A DNA stretch of 64,000 bases from Amoebophrya sp. A120 (lineage: Eukaryota; Protista; Dinoflagellata), in contig CAJINV010000004.1 in assembly GCA_905178155.1 (NCBI GenBank), positions 1,874,391 to 1,938,390 of the forward strand. Direction: 5' to 3'. The notes beneath the pieces were generated by a model, which made no database searches, was not told where the DNA came from, and saw only the letters and a list, made by a program, of their open reading frames with translations. The position numbers were made by a program, and so were the translations under genes. Positions 21,138 through 32,800 of the stretch are shown piece by piece (position 1 is the first letter of the stretch; each line of letters starts with the position of its first letter).

Positions 21138-24100
21138 ATGGCCGACAATTGTTGTCCTCCGGGGTCCTGGCCCTTATTGCTCCAGGACGCCAATTACACA
21201 CCCGCGGGCGAAGTTTCCACCATCGCCACCGACCTGCCGCTCTACGTTGCCAAGCCGGATGGCGAAACGGTGGGGGCAGTGATTGTGTTACCGGAAGTTT
21301 TATCGAACGCAAATATGTCTGGGGTTGGAAGATTGCAGCTACCAAAAACGTCCTCTCATCTGTCATGCAAAACCGTCGTTTGCCACGGCACGGCATGCGA
21401 CACAATACGCAACAGATAGCACCCCACAAGTGAGTCATGCTTGGCTGCGTATCTATCATTTTGTGCCTAAAAAAAAAGTTGCCAGACATATTTGTGATGG
21501 ATAAGTGTTTGGATTCGAGGGCCGGCTGAAGCAGATCTGCGACACGCTGGCCAGCAAGGGTTACTTCGTTGCCATGCCCGATTGCCACCGAGGAGACTCT
21601 GCCAAGGGCAAGCCTTCGGTCCCAGACTGGGTGGTATGACAGGCGGACAAGCGGCTAGCATATAACTCGTTTCGTGGTCATGCAACTCATGTTACCGAGA
21701 GCGATGTTATTCTACAAGAACCCATTTGCATCCAATGGATGCCATCCATATCCACCAATCAGTTTTCTTCAGAGCCATACAACTAGAAGGGGCCGCAAGA
21801 AGTAGAGCATCGCGCCTGAGCCTGACAAGCGTCTACTCAGCACACATTCTAAAAACGAGGAGTCTTCAACTTCATCTCGTAACTTCAACTTCTTGTGCAG
21901 CAGCTGCATCACAAAAATCTTATACGCATGTATGCTGGCGAGTGTCTGGTTCATAGGCGAAAGACTGTGAGGAGAAATATCCGGTCGTTGAGGATCTGAA
22001 GCAGGTACTTGTAGTTTGTTCAACTTCGAGATCATGTCCTGCTTACGTGGAGGCATCGGGGGTGTGCCCGTGGGTTCCAGGTCTTCGGGGACACTTTTCT
22101 CCGAAGCGACCACAGGATGGTCGTGGTGGACGTAGACCTCCGGATACAGCGCAGGACTAAAGTCGCAAGGGGCGCCGGGGCGTGGATACGAACAAAGCAA
22201 GCCGCGGAAGCCGTTAATCACGAGCTACAGCAAAAGTATGGGACCGATCCGGCCTCACTGCAGGAGCGGATACATAGAAAACGGCGACCGAACCGCGAGC
22301 GATTGGTGGGGGGAGTTCGAGGAAACACTCGCCAGCACAATCGAGAAACTCAGCAAAACAGCACCCAGAAACGGACCGCGAAAGCCATGGGTTAGTAGTC
22401 GCACGTGGGAAAAAATAGCGGAGCGCAAGAAACTGGCAGCAAGGACCGGGGGGGCAAACAAAGCGAAACTGAACAGGCTGGCGCGAGAAATACGGGCCTG
22501 CGTCAAAGACGATAAAGCCACCTGGGTCCGGGACAAGCTGGAGGACCTGCGGAAAGCCGACAGCGCCGGAAACTCCCGGGCGGTCTACGAAGTAGCGCGG
22601 CAGCTTTCGGGCAAAGCAAGGAAAGCAGCGCAAGAACTTCCCGGGCCCCCGGAAATGTGGGAGACATTCTGGGGGGGCATTTTCGGCAAACCCCGGCCGG
22701 CACCAGGAGAAGAGGCCCAGCAGACAGAAAGCTACAAAAAGTGCAGCGCGGCACTAGAAGCGGGCAAAAGCAAGGAACCTTGGTGCCAGGGGCTCGACGA
22801 AGTCCCGAGCAACGACGAAATAGGGGAGGCCCTGCGCGGACTCAAGTCGGGGAAAGCTTTTGCCGGATTAGCACCGGCGGAACTCATCCGCGACTGCGAG
22901 CTGGCGCGCGCAGTCGTGGCTTCACTTGTGCGGCGCGTGTTTCGGGGCGAGGATGTCCCCGAGGCATGGGGCCGCGCGGTGTTGGCAATGCTCCACAAGA
23001 AAGGCAGCAAGGCGGAAGCAAAAAACTACAGACCCATCGCCCTGCTGACGTTCGCGGAAAAGCTCCTGGGCCTGATAGTGCTCAAACGGATAGAGGCCGA
23101 AGCCATGAAGACGATCGACAAAAGACAAAAAGGATGCACTAGGGGGCTCAGTTGCAGACATGGCGTCTTCCAGATCCTGCGGGACGTCGAGCGGTGCAAG
23201 AGAGAGGGGAGGCGGGCGTACTTGGTGTTTGCGGACTTCCTTAAGGCCTTTGACAGCTTGGGGTGGGACGTTATGCATCGAGTGCTCCGCCACCAAGGTC
23301 TCCCGGAGTACATTGGCCAGGTGGTCCAGGGCATGTATGATGGCAGCGCTCGGGTCCGCATCCGGCTAGGCAGCAACCGGCACACGAGGGATATCAAGCA
23401 GCGGGCGGGGATTAGACAGGGGAGCTCACTTTCCCCCCTTCTCTTCGCCATCGTTCTTGATTTCGCCATCACAAATTTTGCGGAAGTGATGCGGGAGCAG
23501 AAGAAGTGGACGGCCGCACAGGCTCGAGGGGACGCAATGAGCCTGCTCGGGTTTGTCGATGATTTGGCAATCAAGACAAGCTCGGAGGAAGATGCGCAGT
23601 TCGCAGTGCGCGAACTCGCAGGCGCCTGCAGGTTCGTGGGGCTGGAGCTCAACGCCGACAAGGGAAAAACAGAAATCCTAGTGGTGAACCAAGAAGAACA
23701 AGAAAGGCGCAACGAGCTAGCCATGACGGAGGACTGTATGGTAAAAACCGAAACAGGGGGCGAGCCGACCTATGGCACGCTAGTAGAGTGGTCGGGGGTG
23801 GGATTAACGAAAGAGCTGCGCGCCGCCGCGGCCGCAGTTGACACCCGGGCAATGGGGGACGTCGTTCCCACGCACCTGGTGCTGTGGAAAAGCGGCCACC
23901 TGAGCGTGATCAAGTTGAAGGAAGCGGGGTGGGCTTTGCTCGACAACGGCAAGACAATGCGTATTACGAGAATGGGGAACAGGCAGAGCATCCTGGAAAA
24001 GTTCAACGAGTGGAGGTGCCCACGGTGTGGGGACGTCCTTGCGGATGAGCTGGCGCTGAAGTTCCACATAGCAACGGGCTACTGCAGGGTAAACAAGACA

Positions 24101-25903
24101 ATCCACGAGCGGAGGACACTACGGGTGTCCCGCATGGTGGAAAACAAAAAGAAGGACGAAAAGAAAAGAGCGGGGCCCTTGCCGGTAAACGTATGGCACA
24201 AGGGAATGCAGATCGAAGCGGTCGAGCGGTTTACCTACCTGGGGACGGAGATCGACCGGGACGGGTCGACATCCTCAGAAATCCGCCGGCGCTGTGCCAT
24301 CGCGCACAGCGTCGTGAAGTCCCTCGGGAAAGTGTGGCGCGACAAGGACCTACCCAAGCACCTGAAGGCAGGACTTTCTCGGGCTTTGTGCATCAGCGTC
24401 GCGCTTTACAATGCGGAGGTTTGGGCGGTTTACGAACACGACGCCAAGACCCTGCGTGAGTTCCAGCGCCACACCCTTCGCTACATTCTTGGGCTGTGGA
24501 ACTGGGAAAATGCTCCAAGCACCGAAGACATGTGCCGGGCCCTCGGTGTGCAAACGATCGAGACCGAGATAAGGGGAAAAAGCATCGCGTGGGTTGCCCA
24601 TGCGGCGCGTGACTCTTCGGGCGAGGGGTCTCTAGACCGAATCAAGGAAGAAATCGATCAAAAAACACACTGGGGCAAGCTGGTAGCAGACGACCTAGAG
24701 TTTTATGGGATTAGCCTGGAGGACCTCGCACTGCAGCGACCGACCGGGCCTGTGGTAAGAGAGCTGCTGACCAAGCGCAGACCCTACGCTACAGCGCGGC
24801 GGGAACAGGCAAAAACCAGAAAAGGGCCGGAGCGCGGGAAGAAGTCAGTAAAAACGCAAAAGGCGCAGGAGGATCGGCGCAAGAGGCTGGAACAGCAGAA
24901 ACAGGAGCAGGCAGATGCAAGGCAGGAGATGGTGAACATGTTAAATGGAAAAAAGTGGACACCACCGGCGCACGGGCAGCGAAGATGGCAGCTGCAAGAC
25001 AACCCAGATGTCGTTTTCGAAATTTCGGACACCTTCTTCTGCGAAAACTCGGGCAAGGAGGAAGTGAGCGTGGGTGGAGTGTGGTTCATAAAAGAATCTG
25101 ATGGAACGTACATCGTCAGATAGTTCAGCCACCCCCCACGAGAAGGAAAAGAAAAAATTAACAATGGTGTACGCACAGCCTCGATACAATCGATCAGTTA
25201 CTTTTGACGAGAACTTCTGAACAAAAGGACACGGCTAACGCGTTGATGATGATGATGATGATGAACTTCGAGATGCAAAGAAGCATGTCAACTTGCAGGT
25301 TCATCATCAAAGTACAGCATGTGCTTACGGAGTCAGCTCTGAATTGTCGTCGCTCTACTTTGTATGGAGGAACTAGAAAAGAGCCACTTATTCAATTTTT
25401 CGACTTATTTTTCAATAAAAATGACATATTTAATATTTTTAGATATTTTCCGTTCTTTACTTCCTTACTTTCCACAGGTGATCGCCTGCATTCAATCTGC
25501 TACGACGCCGGACATCAAAATTTCCGCGATCGGTCACTGCTGGGGCGCCTGGGCGTGGGCCAAGGCCGGGGAAGCGGGGTTGCCCTTGGTCTGCGGCATT
25601 TCCCCCCACCCGAGCATAAAACTGGAGGAGTTTGCGTTCAAGAAATCGCAGGAGGAGCTCTGCGAAAAGGTGAAGTTCCCCACCCTCCTGATGGCGGCTG
25701 GAAATGACCCCGATAACATCAAGCCCGGCGGCAGTCTGGTGGAGATTTTCGCGAAAAATTGTCCGGGCTCCGAGGCGGTGCCGTTTCCCGACATGCTGCA
25801 CGGCTGGTTCTCCCGCGGCGACCTGGCGCAGCCCAACGTGCAACGGGATGTCGAAAAAACCATGCAGCTGGTTTGCGATTTCCTGGCGAAGTACCATGCG
25901 TAG
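21138..25903 (+). CDS. Dienelactone hydrolase family protein (alpha/beta hydrolase)
   Basis: Exons ~21138-21299, ~21508-21633, 21957-22004, 25478-25903. Motifs AVIVLPEVFG, LASKGYFVAMPD, nucleophile elbow GHCWGA, AAGND, HGWFSRGD; one introner and two GT-AG introns. Confidence 0.9.
21301..21503. mobile_element. Introner family A-like in hydrolase gene
   Basis: CAAATATGTCTGG...CCAGACATATTTG; TSD AGTTT/AGTGT; restores PEVFG. Confidence 0.85.
22033..25263 (+). mobile_element. 5'-truncated non-LTR retrotransposon (RTE-like LINE) in intron 3 of the hydrolase gene
   Basis: 11-bp TSD AACTTCGAGAT at 22022-22032 and 25264-25274; 3' (ATG)6 tail 25246-25263; APE endonuclease C-terminal remnant DHVL...SDHRMVVVD from 22030; RT ORF. 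Confidence 0.92.
22238..25123 (+). CDS. LINE reverse transcriptase ORF (961 aa; frameshifted relative to the upstream APE remnant)
   Basis: RT motifs NYRPIALL, DFLKAFDS, GIRQGSSLSPLLF, FVDD, GLELN..KT, IEAVERFTYLG, LYNAEVW, WVAHAAR. Confidence 0.93.
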   Translation: MGPIRPHCRSGYIENGDRTASDWWGEFEETLASTIEKLSKTAPRNGPRKPWVSSRTWEKIAERKKLAARTGGANKAKLNRLAREIRACVKDDKATWVRDKLEDLRKADSAGNSRAVYEVARQLSGKARKAAQELPGPPEMWETFWGGIFGKPRPAPGEEAQQTESYKKCSAALEAGKSKEPWCQGLDEVPSNDEIGEALRGLKSGKAFAGLAPAELIRDCELARAVVASLVRRVFRGEDVPEAWGRAVLAMLHKKGSKAEAKNYRPIALLTFAEKLLGLIVLKRIEAEAMKTIDKRQKGCTRGLSCRHGVFQILRDVERCKREGRRAYLVFADFLKAFDSLGWDVMHRVLRHQGLPEYIGQVVQGMYDGSARVRIRLGSNRHTRDIKQRAGIRQGSSLSPLLFAIVLDFAITNFAEVMREQKKWTAAQARGDAMSLLGFVDDLAIKTSSEEDAQFAVRELAGACRFVGLELNADKGKTEILVVNQEEQERRNELAMTEDCMVKTETGGEPTYGTLVEWSGVGLTKELRAAAAAVDTRAMGDVVPTHLVLWKSGHLSVIKLKEAGWALLDNGKTMRITRMGNRQSILEKFNEWRCPRCGDVLADELALKFHIATGYCRVNKTIHERRTLRVSRMVENKKKDEKKRAGPLPVNVWHKGMQIEAVERFTYLGTEIDRDGSTSSEIRRRCAIAHSVVKSLGKVWRDKDLPKHLKAGLSRALCISVALYNAEVWAVYEHDAKTLREFQRHTLRYILGLWNWENAPSTEDMCRALGVQTIETEIRGKSIAWVAHAARDSSGEGSLDRIKEEIDQKTHWGKLVADDLEFYGISLEDLALQRPTGPVVRELLTKRRPYATARREQAKTRKGPERGKKSVKTQKAQEDRRKRLEQQKQEQADARQEMVNMLNGKKWTPPAHGQRRWQLQDNPDVVFEISDTFFCENSGKEEVSVGGVWFIKESDGTYIVR

Positions 25904-26799
25904 ATTAAGAGAAAGTTATAGGGATAAAGAAGAAAGGTGATGCCGCTGCGTGGCCTGCACAGCAATTACTAGAGATCAAAAAAGTGAATCTTATCTTCCG
26001 AGAAGATGACTCACAAGAGCAGCGGTGCTACAAGAATGATCGGGGATTGCAGTTCTACTTCGATTGCTTCTTGCTGCTGCAAAACGGTGACGAGAAAATT
26101 TCGACCAAGAATGAATCCATTTTATCGAGTTCACAGCTGTAGATGCCGACGCTAGGGCTTTGTTTTAGCATGATGCGCCGATGTTAATGATAATGACACT
26201 ACCACTAGCGCATCAGGCTAGAAAATGAAAGTCAAATGCACGAATATGGATGCGCGCCTGCGTCATCGACAAAAGGACAGGCTCCGACGTTTCTTTGCTG
26301 GGTATCGGCCACGGATCACTCACTGTCGTGAGCACCACATTCAACTTCCCCTGTAATGTATGTAAGTACCTACTACTTGGTTCTCCTTCTCGTTGTACAC
26401 TGCACCAGATGAATCGGTAATTCAGTATTTATTGATTCGTTTTTGTGTTTGCAGACTCCTACTTGTACGACAGTCTCGTAAAGATAAAGATCCACAGAGC
26501 TGGCTCGGGTACTCGTCGTCCTTCGTCTCTTGACGATTGATCATCACACCACGACCTAGGTTCTTGCGCTTTGACAGAAAGATCCATGATCAGTGTAATG
26601 AAGATCGCTGTGATGTCGAAAATAGTTGAGTTTGACGGTAGCCGTTGCACGCCCCCCAACAAGGTCGATCACATGCTTGTTATCCCAGTGCACGTCGATC
26701 AAGCCTGCTCTCTTCTACATTCTTTCCAAAAGAAACATACCACGAATTACTAATAGTTACTCAGATAGCAGTCGAGACTCAACTCTCTTTGACGACGTC

Positions 26800-29167
26800 A
26801 TGGAGATGGACGTCCTCTTGCGATCCAGCTCCCCGCCGAGTATTTTTTCCCGTCTCGTGCTCCAACTGTCGGTGTTGAACATTTTTTCTTCAAATGTCGT
26901 CGTCCCGGTCTCTTGCCAAACACAAAGACGCGACGAGCGGCAACAAGGACACGCTAAACTCCAAGCTAAACCAGCCCAAGTGCTAGAAGACCCCACTAGA
27001 GTCACCATCCAGCCGCTGGAGGGCACGACGCATTGCGTGTGGAGCTCCGGTACCAATTTTTACCTGTACGACCGATTTTTTGTCCATTGGGACATTCCGC
27101 ATTCCCACTCCTACGGCTGGGTGGCCCCGATCAATTGCTCTCAAAGTGAGTCGTCATGCAGCCAGCAGACTACAGTAGAAAGAGCATTAGTGGGGGAGCA
27201 TGTCAGCAAGAGTGCCAACCGCGTTGGCGATGCGACACTTGATGATACAACTCGTCAAATCAGCTTCGGTCCAGTACCTGTAATTTCTGATCCGACGCAG
27301 GCCTTTTTCTCTTCCATCGACTGGACGTTACACGGCTACCAGAGCCAGCCTCTCCCGCAATTTGCGCCAAACTTGGAGGTGGGCTTCGCGACGCTGCTGG
27401 ACCCCGAAATCGAGCTGGATTTGGGCGCCGAGGAGAATTATCAACTGCAAAAATGTCTGGGTCTGGAAACTTGTGATGCAAGTCCGTGAACAGTAAGCGC
27501 TCTGTAATGCGCCGCCAAGCATGACAAGTTTTTTCGTGCTTCTGTGATGCGTATTTCGCATGAGAAACTGCGCTTTTGCATGACAGGCAAGAGGACTTCT
27601 TGGTGGCCGCGCAATACAGAGTGCAGAGTCATGCCAGACTACTTAGCATGACAATCTTCATCCAGACCCAGACACTTTTGCACTTGATAAGGATGACGGT
27701 ATTAATTGGCGAACCATCCGTTTTTCAGATGAAGCTTTGGCCTTGCAGAACACTAAGGAAGAGGAGAAAAGCACAAAGAGCAGCACCTCCACTACTCCAG
27801 CAACCAATGATGGTGATGGAGCTGCCTTGGATGGACCAGAGCAAGCATTAGCTGCAGTGGATAATGAACATCTTTACCCGCACGAAGATGCCTCCGAAAC
27901 TACAAGCCCGGGGAACCAAGTTCCATCGTCAGCCGCAGCAGCTCTTGCAGGGACAAGTGTCTTGTCCACAGAGGACTTCAGCCCAGCTGCAGCAAAATCG
28001 TGGCTAAAAAGAACACTCGGCAGCTACTTCCCGTCGTGGTGGTCTTCATCAATGAATCAGAATCGGGAAATTCCAAGTAGTCGACCTAACGTCGACGGCC
28101 ACTGGAATGATCAGAGTTTTCACCAGCTGCCGGACAACGAGGGCGAAAATGCCTTTCCCTTTCTGCATCTACTTGCCAATCATGAGCGGGACGAGCAACA
28201 ACATGATTCCGCACGGTCGTCCCATGATTTCTCGGGCACCAAGCAAACAGCAGCTTCTCCTCCAACATTGCTTTCCGACCCCCCTTCGATGAACAACCGC
28301 TTACTATGGCGCGCCCGCAGTCTGATCGGTACCCGCATTACCACAGCGGAGCACACGAGCTGCTGCATCCAGCACATGACAGAAACGAAATCGAGAAGTG
28401 GGGATACAGTTTTTACTGCAGTAGTTGCACCAGGAACATCAAGACCCTTGATGCCGCATCATGATCTTCAAGGCTTCGTGTTAACCGAATACTGTGTCAA
28501 GGTAGAGGAACCAGCTGACAAAGATGATGAAAAGGCGAAATGGGACGAATCACCACTCACCTCGCGGGTAAAACTAAAAGACGTCGTAAAAATCCCCTGG
28601 TATGTCAACAAGACCCGAGCCGAGATTTCCGCGGGGATAAAACGCCGATGCATTGAGGAACAAGATTTGCTGGACCTGAAAAACCGCGACTTCCTGCGCA
28701 GAATCGTCCCCACAAACGCGACAGCGTGGGAGTACTGGCGAAAGCAACTGGCGAAGCAGGATAAAGATGTCGAACGAGCACGACTAGAAGAGAGGCCGCA
28801 AGCGCACGGGCAAGGAGATGGTCCTTCTGCGAGAGGCACATCCATGCCGTCCTCGCGGTCTGCCCGCGCGACGTTTGCAGAACCGTGGATTGAAGCCTAT
28901 CCGCAAGGGTATGTGGATGTGAATGTGGGCGACGACGTTAATCTAAAGAGTCCCGTCGAGCAAGAGGAAAATGGAATGAAGAAAACCATGGGTGAAGAAC
29001 TACAGCGTCAGGTGCGACAGGTCAAAGACAATGAACATGATGCAGCTCCATCAAATCTTCACCTGTTAATACCTTCCGAGAGCACACAACGAGCTGAAGA
29101 ACCTTTCCGAGGCGAGGAATCCGACGTTGATCATGCTGAAGGTGAAGTAGAACTACTGTACAGCTGA
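26800..29167 (+). CDS. Uncharacterised, probably secreted protein
   Basis: ORFs 26626-27489 and 27737-29167 join in frame on removing introner 27439-27689 + 5 nt; signal-peptide-like N-terminus from ATG 26800. Confidence 0.6.
27439..27689. mobile_element. Introner family A
   Basis: Family A TIRs; TSD AGAAT/AGGAT. Confidence 0.87.
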
Positions 29168-29892
29168 TGACTTTCATTTTCAACAAAGACTTTTCCGTGA
29201 ATAGGATCTGCTCCAGTCCTTTGGCTTCCGTGTTATATTTTTCGAAGACGCAGCTCCCCGTACCCTGATCTTTTTTTTTTTCTGTTAAAAGAAAATCGAT
29301 TATCATCTCGCTTGTTCCCGGCGGTGCTCTTTGGAATGTTGCTCTGGCTCGATCTACTAAAAAGCAGTTCCTTTTTCCGAATGCCACTCGAAGTACAAAT
29401 GGTCTACATGCTTTTTGGATCGCTATCGTTCTCGGCTAAAATTCTTCTCGAAGAACCTTGCCCCTACTGTTTTTTTCTTTCGCTTTATGTGTACTATTAC
29501 GCTCATTTGCATTTTTCAGATTCACTACGAGTACGTCGACCCTGTCTTTCTTTCTCGACCATCGTGTGCTGTGGTTGAATCCGGAAATCAATGTGAGGCC
29601 CCCTGGAGTAGATGATTATGACTGTGTCTGCAAAAATTTGGTGTGACAACATGTGCGGACTGTTGCGGGAGGTTGGCTCCTTGATCCTGCGTTCGCTTTT
29701 ATTCCGTGAACCTAGTCGACGACGTCCACCCGCACGGTCGCCGAAGCCCCCAGTTCGCAGCCGTGGAAATGCAGTTGCAGTGGCATCGAGAAACGAAGGC
29801 GCCCGTGTTGACGAGCAGGGTCGTCGTGAAAAAACCTACGCGTGGTCAACCTGTGGTCTTCGTCCGTCCCATTGGGCGCTGCATGCGAAAAA

Positions 29893-32800
29893 AATGTTGG
29901 CAACTACACACGACATCGTCATCGTGATGACCGAGAGATTATTTTTCCGGACAAGCAGGAGGTGCACGTGCAAACTACATCTCTCCTGGACCGTTGCAGC
30001 GTTTTTGAAGCGACTGCTGGCCCGACGACCCGTCGGTTTGGTTGCGGTTTGGTGTCTGTGTATTATGAGCGTTCTCCTGGGCCTGGGCTGGACCAACCTG
30101 TCACACGCGGGGGCTCTCGCTGCACCAACATCTTCTTCGGAGTTCCAGTATCCAAATTTTCTTTCCTGCGAGCAGCACGAGGATTGGAAAGAGTTTCTGG
30201 ACGCGCTAAAGGAGACAAACATAGTATCATTTGGAATAAAATCATTCAAATCACCACGCTCGTCGTCATACACATTCACGTGCGAAAACCTGATGGAAGA
30301 TTTGTGATTCGGAACGTATTACATTTTACGTCGCATCTTGACAAATTCATTGACGTGCATACGGGGTGGTAGCGTAGTGGTTTTACGTTGCATACAGCGC
30401 GGATCTGCACGAAACCCTCGTCCTACAAGTACAACGTATTGAAATTTTTGAGTTTCAATGTGACGTAGGTCTGTTTGTGTTTGTACTTAGTCATGCAAAA
30501 CTGTTCTAACGGAAAAACAAATCCGGTCATCTAAATCTATTGAAAATGCGCATGCCAAATTTCAAGAAACTTCCTTAGGCCCAGAAACTGCTGCACAAGC
30601 ACGAGAAGCACTTCATGGTCGCCCAGAACACGATATCAAGTGCAAACGTAAGTATCTGGGTCGCGAAAAAAGAGAGGACGCGAGTTGCCAACAGGCTGAC
30701 TCTTGCATGACAGCGAGGCTTTTTGTATGGTAGGAACGCATGACAAAAATTTTTCAGATTAGTATGTCTTCTAAGAAGACATACTTACCTGAAATTTTTT
30801 GTCTGTCGAACCGAAACTCACGTGCAAAAGTGCCTCTCAGCACGACAAAAAAACTCGCCAATTATCCTCTTGCTGTAAACGCAGATCATCCTAATCTCAT
30901 GCAACTCTCGCACATCACAAATCCAGACCGAGATCGATATTTGCGATGCATACAGGAAGCGCATGTTCATCGAGTGTGCGTGGGAAACCCGCGACCTAGA
31001 GAAATCTGTGGAGGATGTTCGCGGCGAGCAGGCTTGGCTCGAAGCGCTGCAGGACTTGCGGGCAGAGGATGACAATTTGGCGGATTATGACGAAGTCGAC
31101 GGGGAGGAGCACGTCGAGCATGCAGCGGAGACTTCTACAAGTCGCAGCAACGACCAAGCTCAAGCTAACGAGACGGGAAATACACAGATATCTATCGGTC
31201 CTAACGGCGACCACGCGGGGGCAAGAACGACTAGGACATCTTCAGATGATGTTGCAGCCGCGTCGTCCTCAATGAAACGAGACCATTCAGGTACTACAAA
31301 TAGAAGCCCAGTACTAGTGGAACAAACAACGCAGCGGGGCGAGCACCGGCGGACCCGGACCTACGCGCTCTTGGACTCGATTGCTTTCCCGCAAGAAACT
31401 AGAGGAGATGGCTCTGGGCCGGAGGATCGTGGTGACAGGAACCAGCACAGCGCTTCTCGTCAAGAAAGTGAGGATCCGCTGATTTATGGCCCGCTCAGAT
31501 GGAGCAAGAAGCTCGACTGTAACAAGAAAATTGCAAATCTGTTTGTTAGCCCGTATTTGTCTTGCATAACGGGCAAAAGCAGAGGCTACCTGCTCCAGTC
31601 TTGCATGACGAAGTCAAAGTCTGTTGCAGCTGTTGAGCAGGCCATACTCCTCCTGTTCAGGAAGAGCAGGAGGTAGCAAAAAAGCTTCTCCACTACCAGA
31701 AAACCGACTACCCGCTCCTGACCGGACGGGAGGTGCTGCGGTGGCTGAAGCAGCGCCCCTTCCACGACGGCCAGCAGATCACTCAGTGGAAGCGCATCGC
31801 ATACAACATGCTGTATACCGAGAGACTAAACGCCGAAAAAGCAACGGATCGACCCAGATTGCTAGAAGTACAAACAGAAAGAGGAGCTGTGCGACGACCT
31901 GGAGAAGTGAAGGAGGATGCAAAGAACTCTCAGCCAAATCCAAATGAACAAGATCAACATGGCGCTATGAAGAATACTTTCGCGGACAGCACCTCCTCGA
32001 GCTATCGTCTGTCGCACAAGAAAATCCTCCACCACTACAAAAACCGGCTGAGCGAGCGCGTCCTCGATCCGAATAACGAGAATCCGCCGATTTGCTTTTG
32101 GGGCTACTACATCGCCGCAACGGTATATCCCACGAAGAAACTGTTTCACTGTGGTGATTTTGCAAAATCTGCATCACAAGTTTGTTACGCATGACGCTGA
32201 AAATCTGTCTCTGTCATGCGCGCTTCCCAAGGGAAAACACGGCACAAAATCCAATGCCTTTCGGGTGTAGCACGACAGCGAGTTCTGTGCTCCATTTTCT
32301 GCATCACAACTTCGCAGTGATGAAACAGGTTTTTTCTTCCCATACGATACGGACGAGAATGCTGGAAGCCGACCCGGACTCACCTTTAAACAGAGAACGA
32401 GACACACTCGTACCGTAGAGAAAAATTTGCTCCTTCACTGTGAAGAAATTGTCATGTGGGGATGCAGTTGCACTAAACGAATTTTATACGTGCTGTCTCG
32501 CAGCTTGGCAAATCGAACCTAAGACAGCGAATCCTATGCTAGGCATGATCATTCTTTTTTTTTTTCGTTCGGAACCACGCATGGCTGGTTTCGTGTAAGA
32601 TGCAAAAAACACTTAATATCATGTTCGACCAGTCCTCGAATGAAATGAAAATCGCGGCAATGAAACGCTAATTTTCACTTCGTGCGATACCTGGTGACCA
32701 TGGTGCAGCGCATGCTGATGGACAAATCCAATATTGGCAATATGGCGGACCTATCCGGTTGGCCGCTCGACCACGCGCAGCTGATTCGTTCGGTGTGGCC

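Noticed and set aside
22238-25123. RT as group II intron maturase, retron or the mobiliser of the introners
   Set aside because: APE remnant, 11-bp TSD and (ATG)n tail identify a LINE; introners have TIRs and fixed 5-bp TSDs typical of DNA transposition, with no shared ends.
27699-27728. 30-nt GT-AG mini-intron
   Set aside because: Length is a multiple of 3 with no stop, so it is not required; no support without cDNA.
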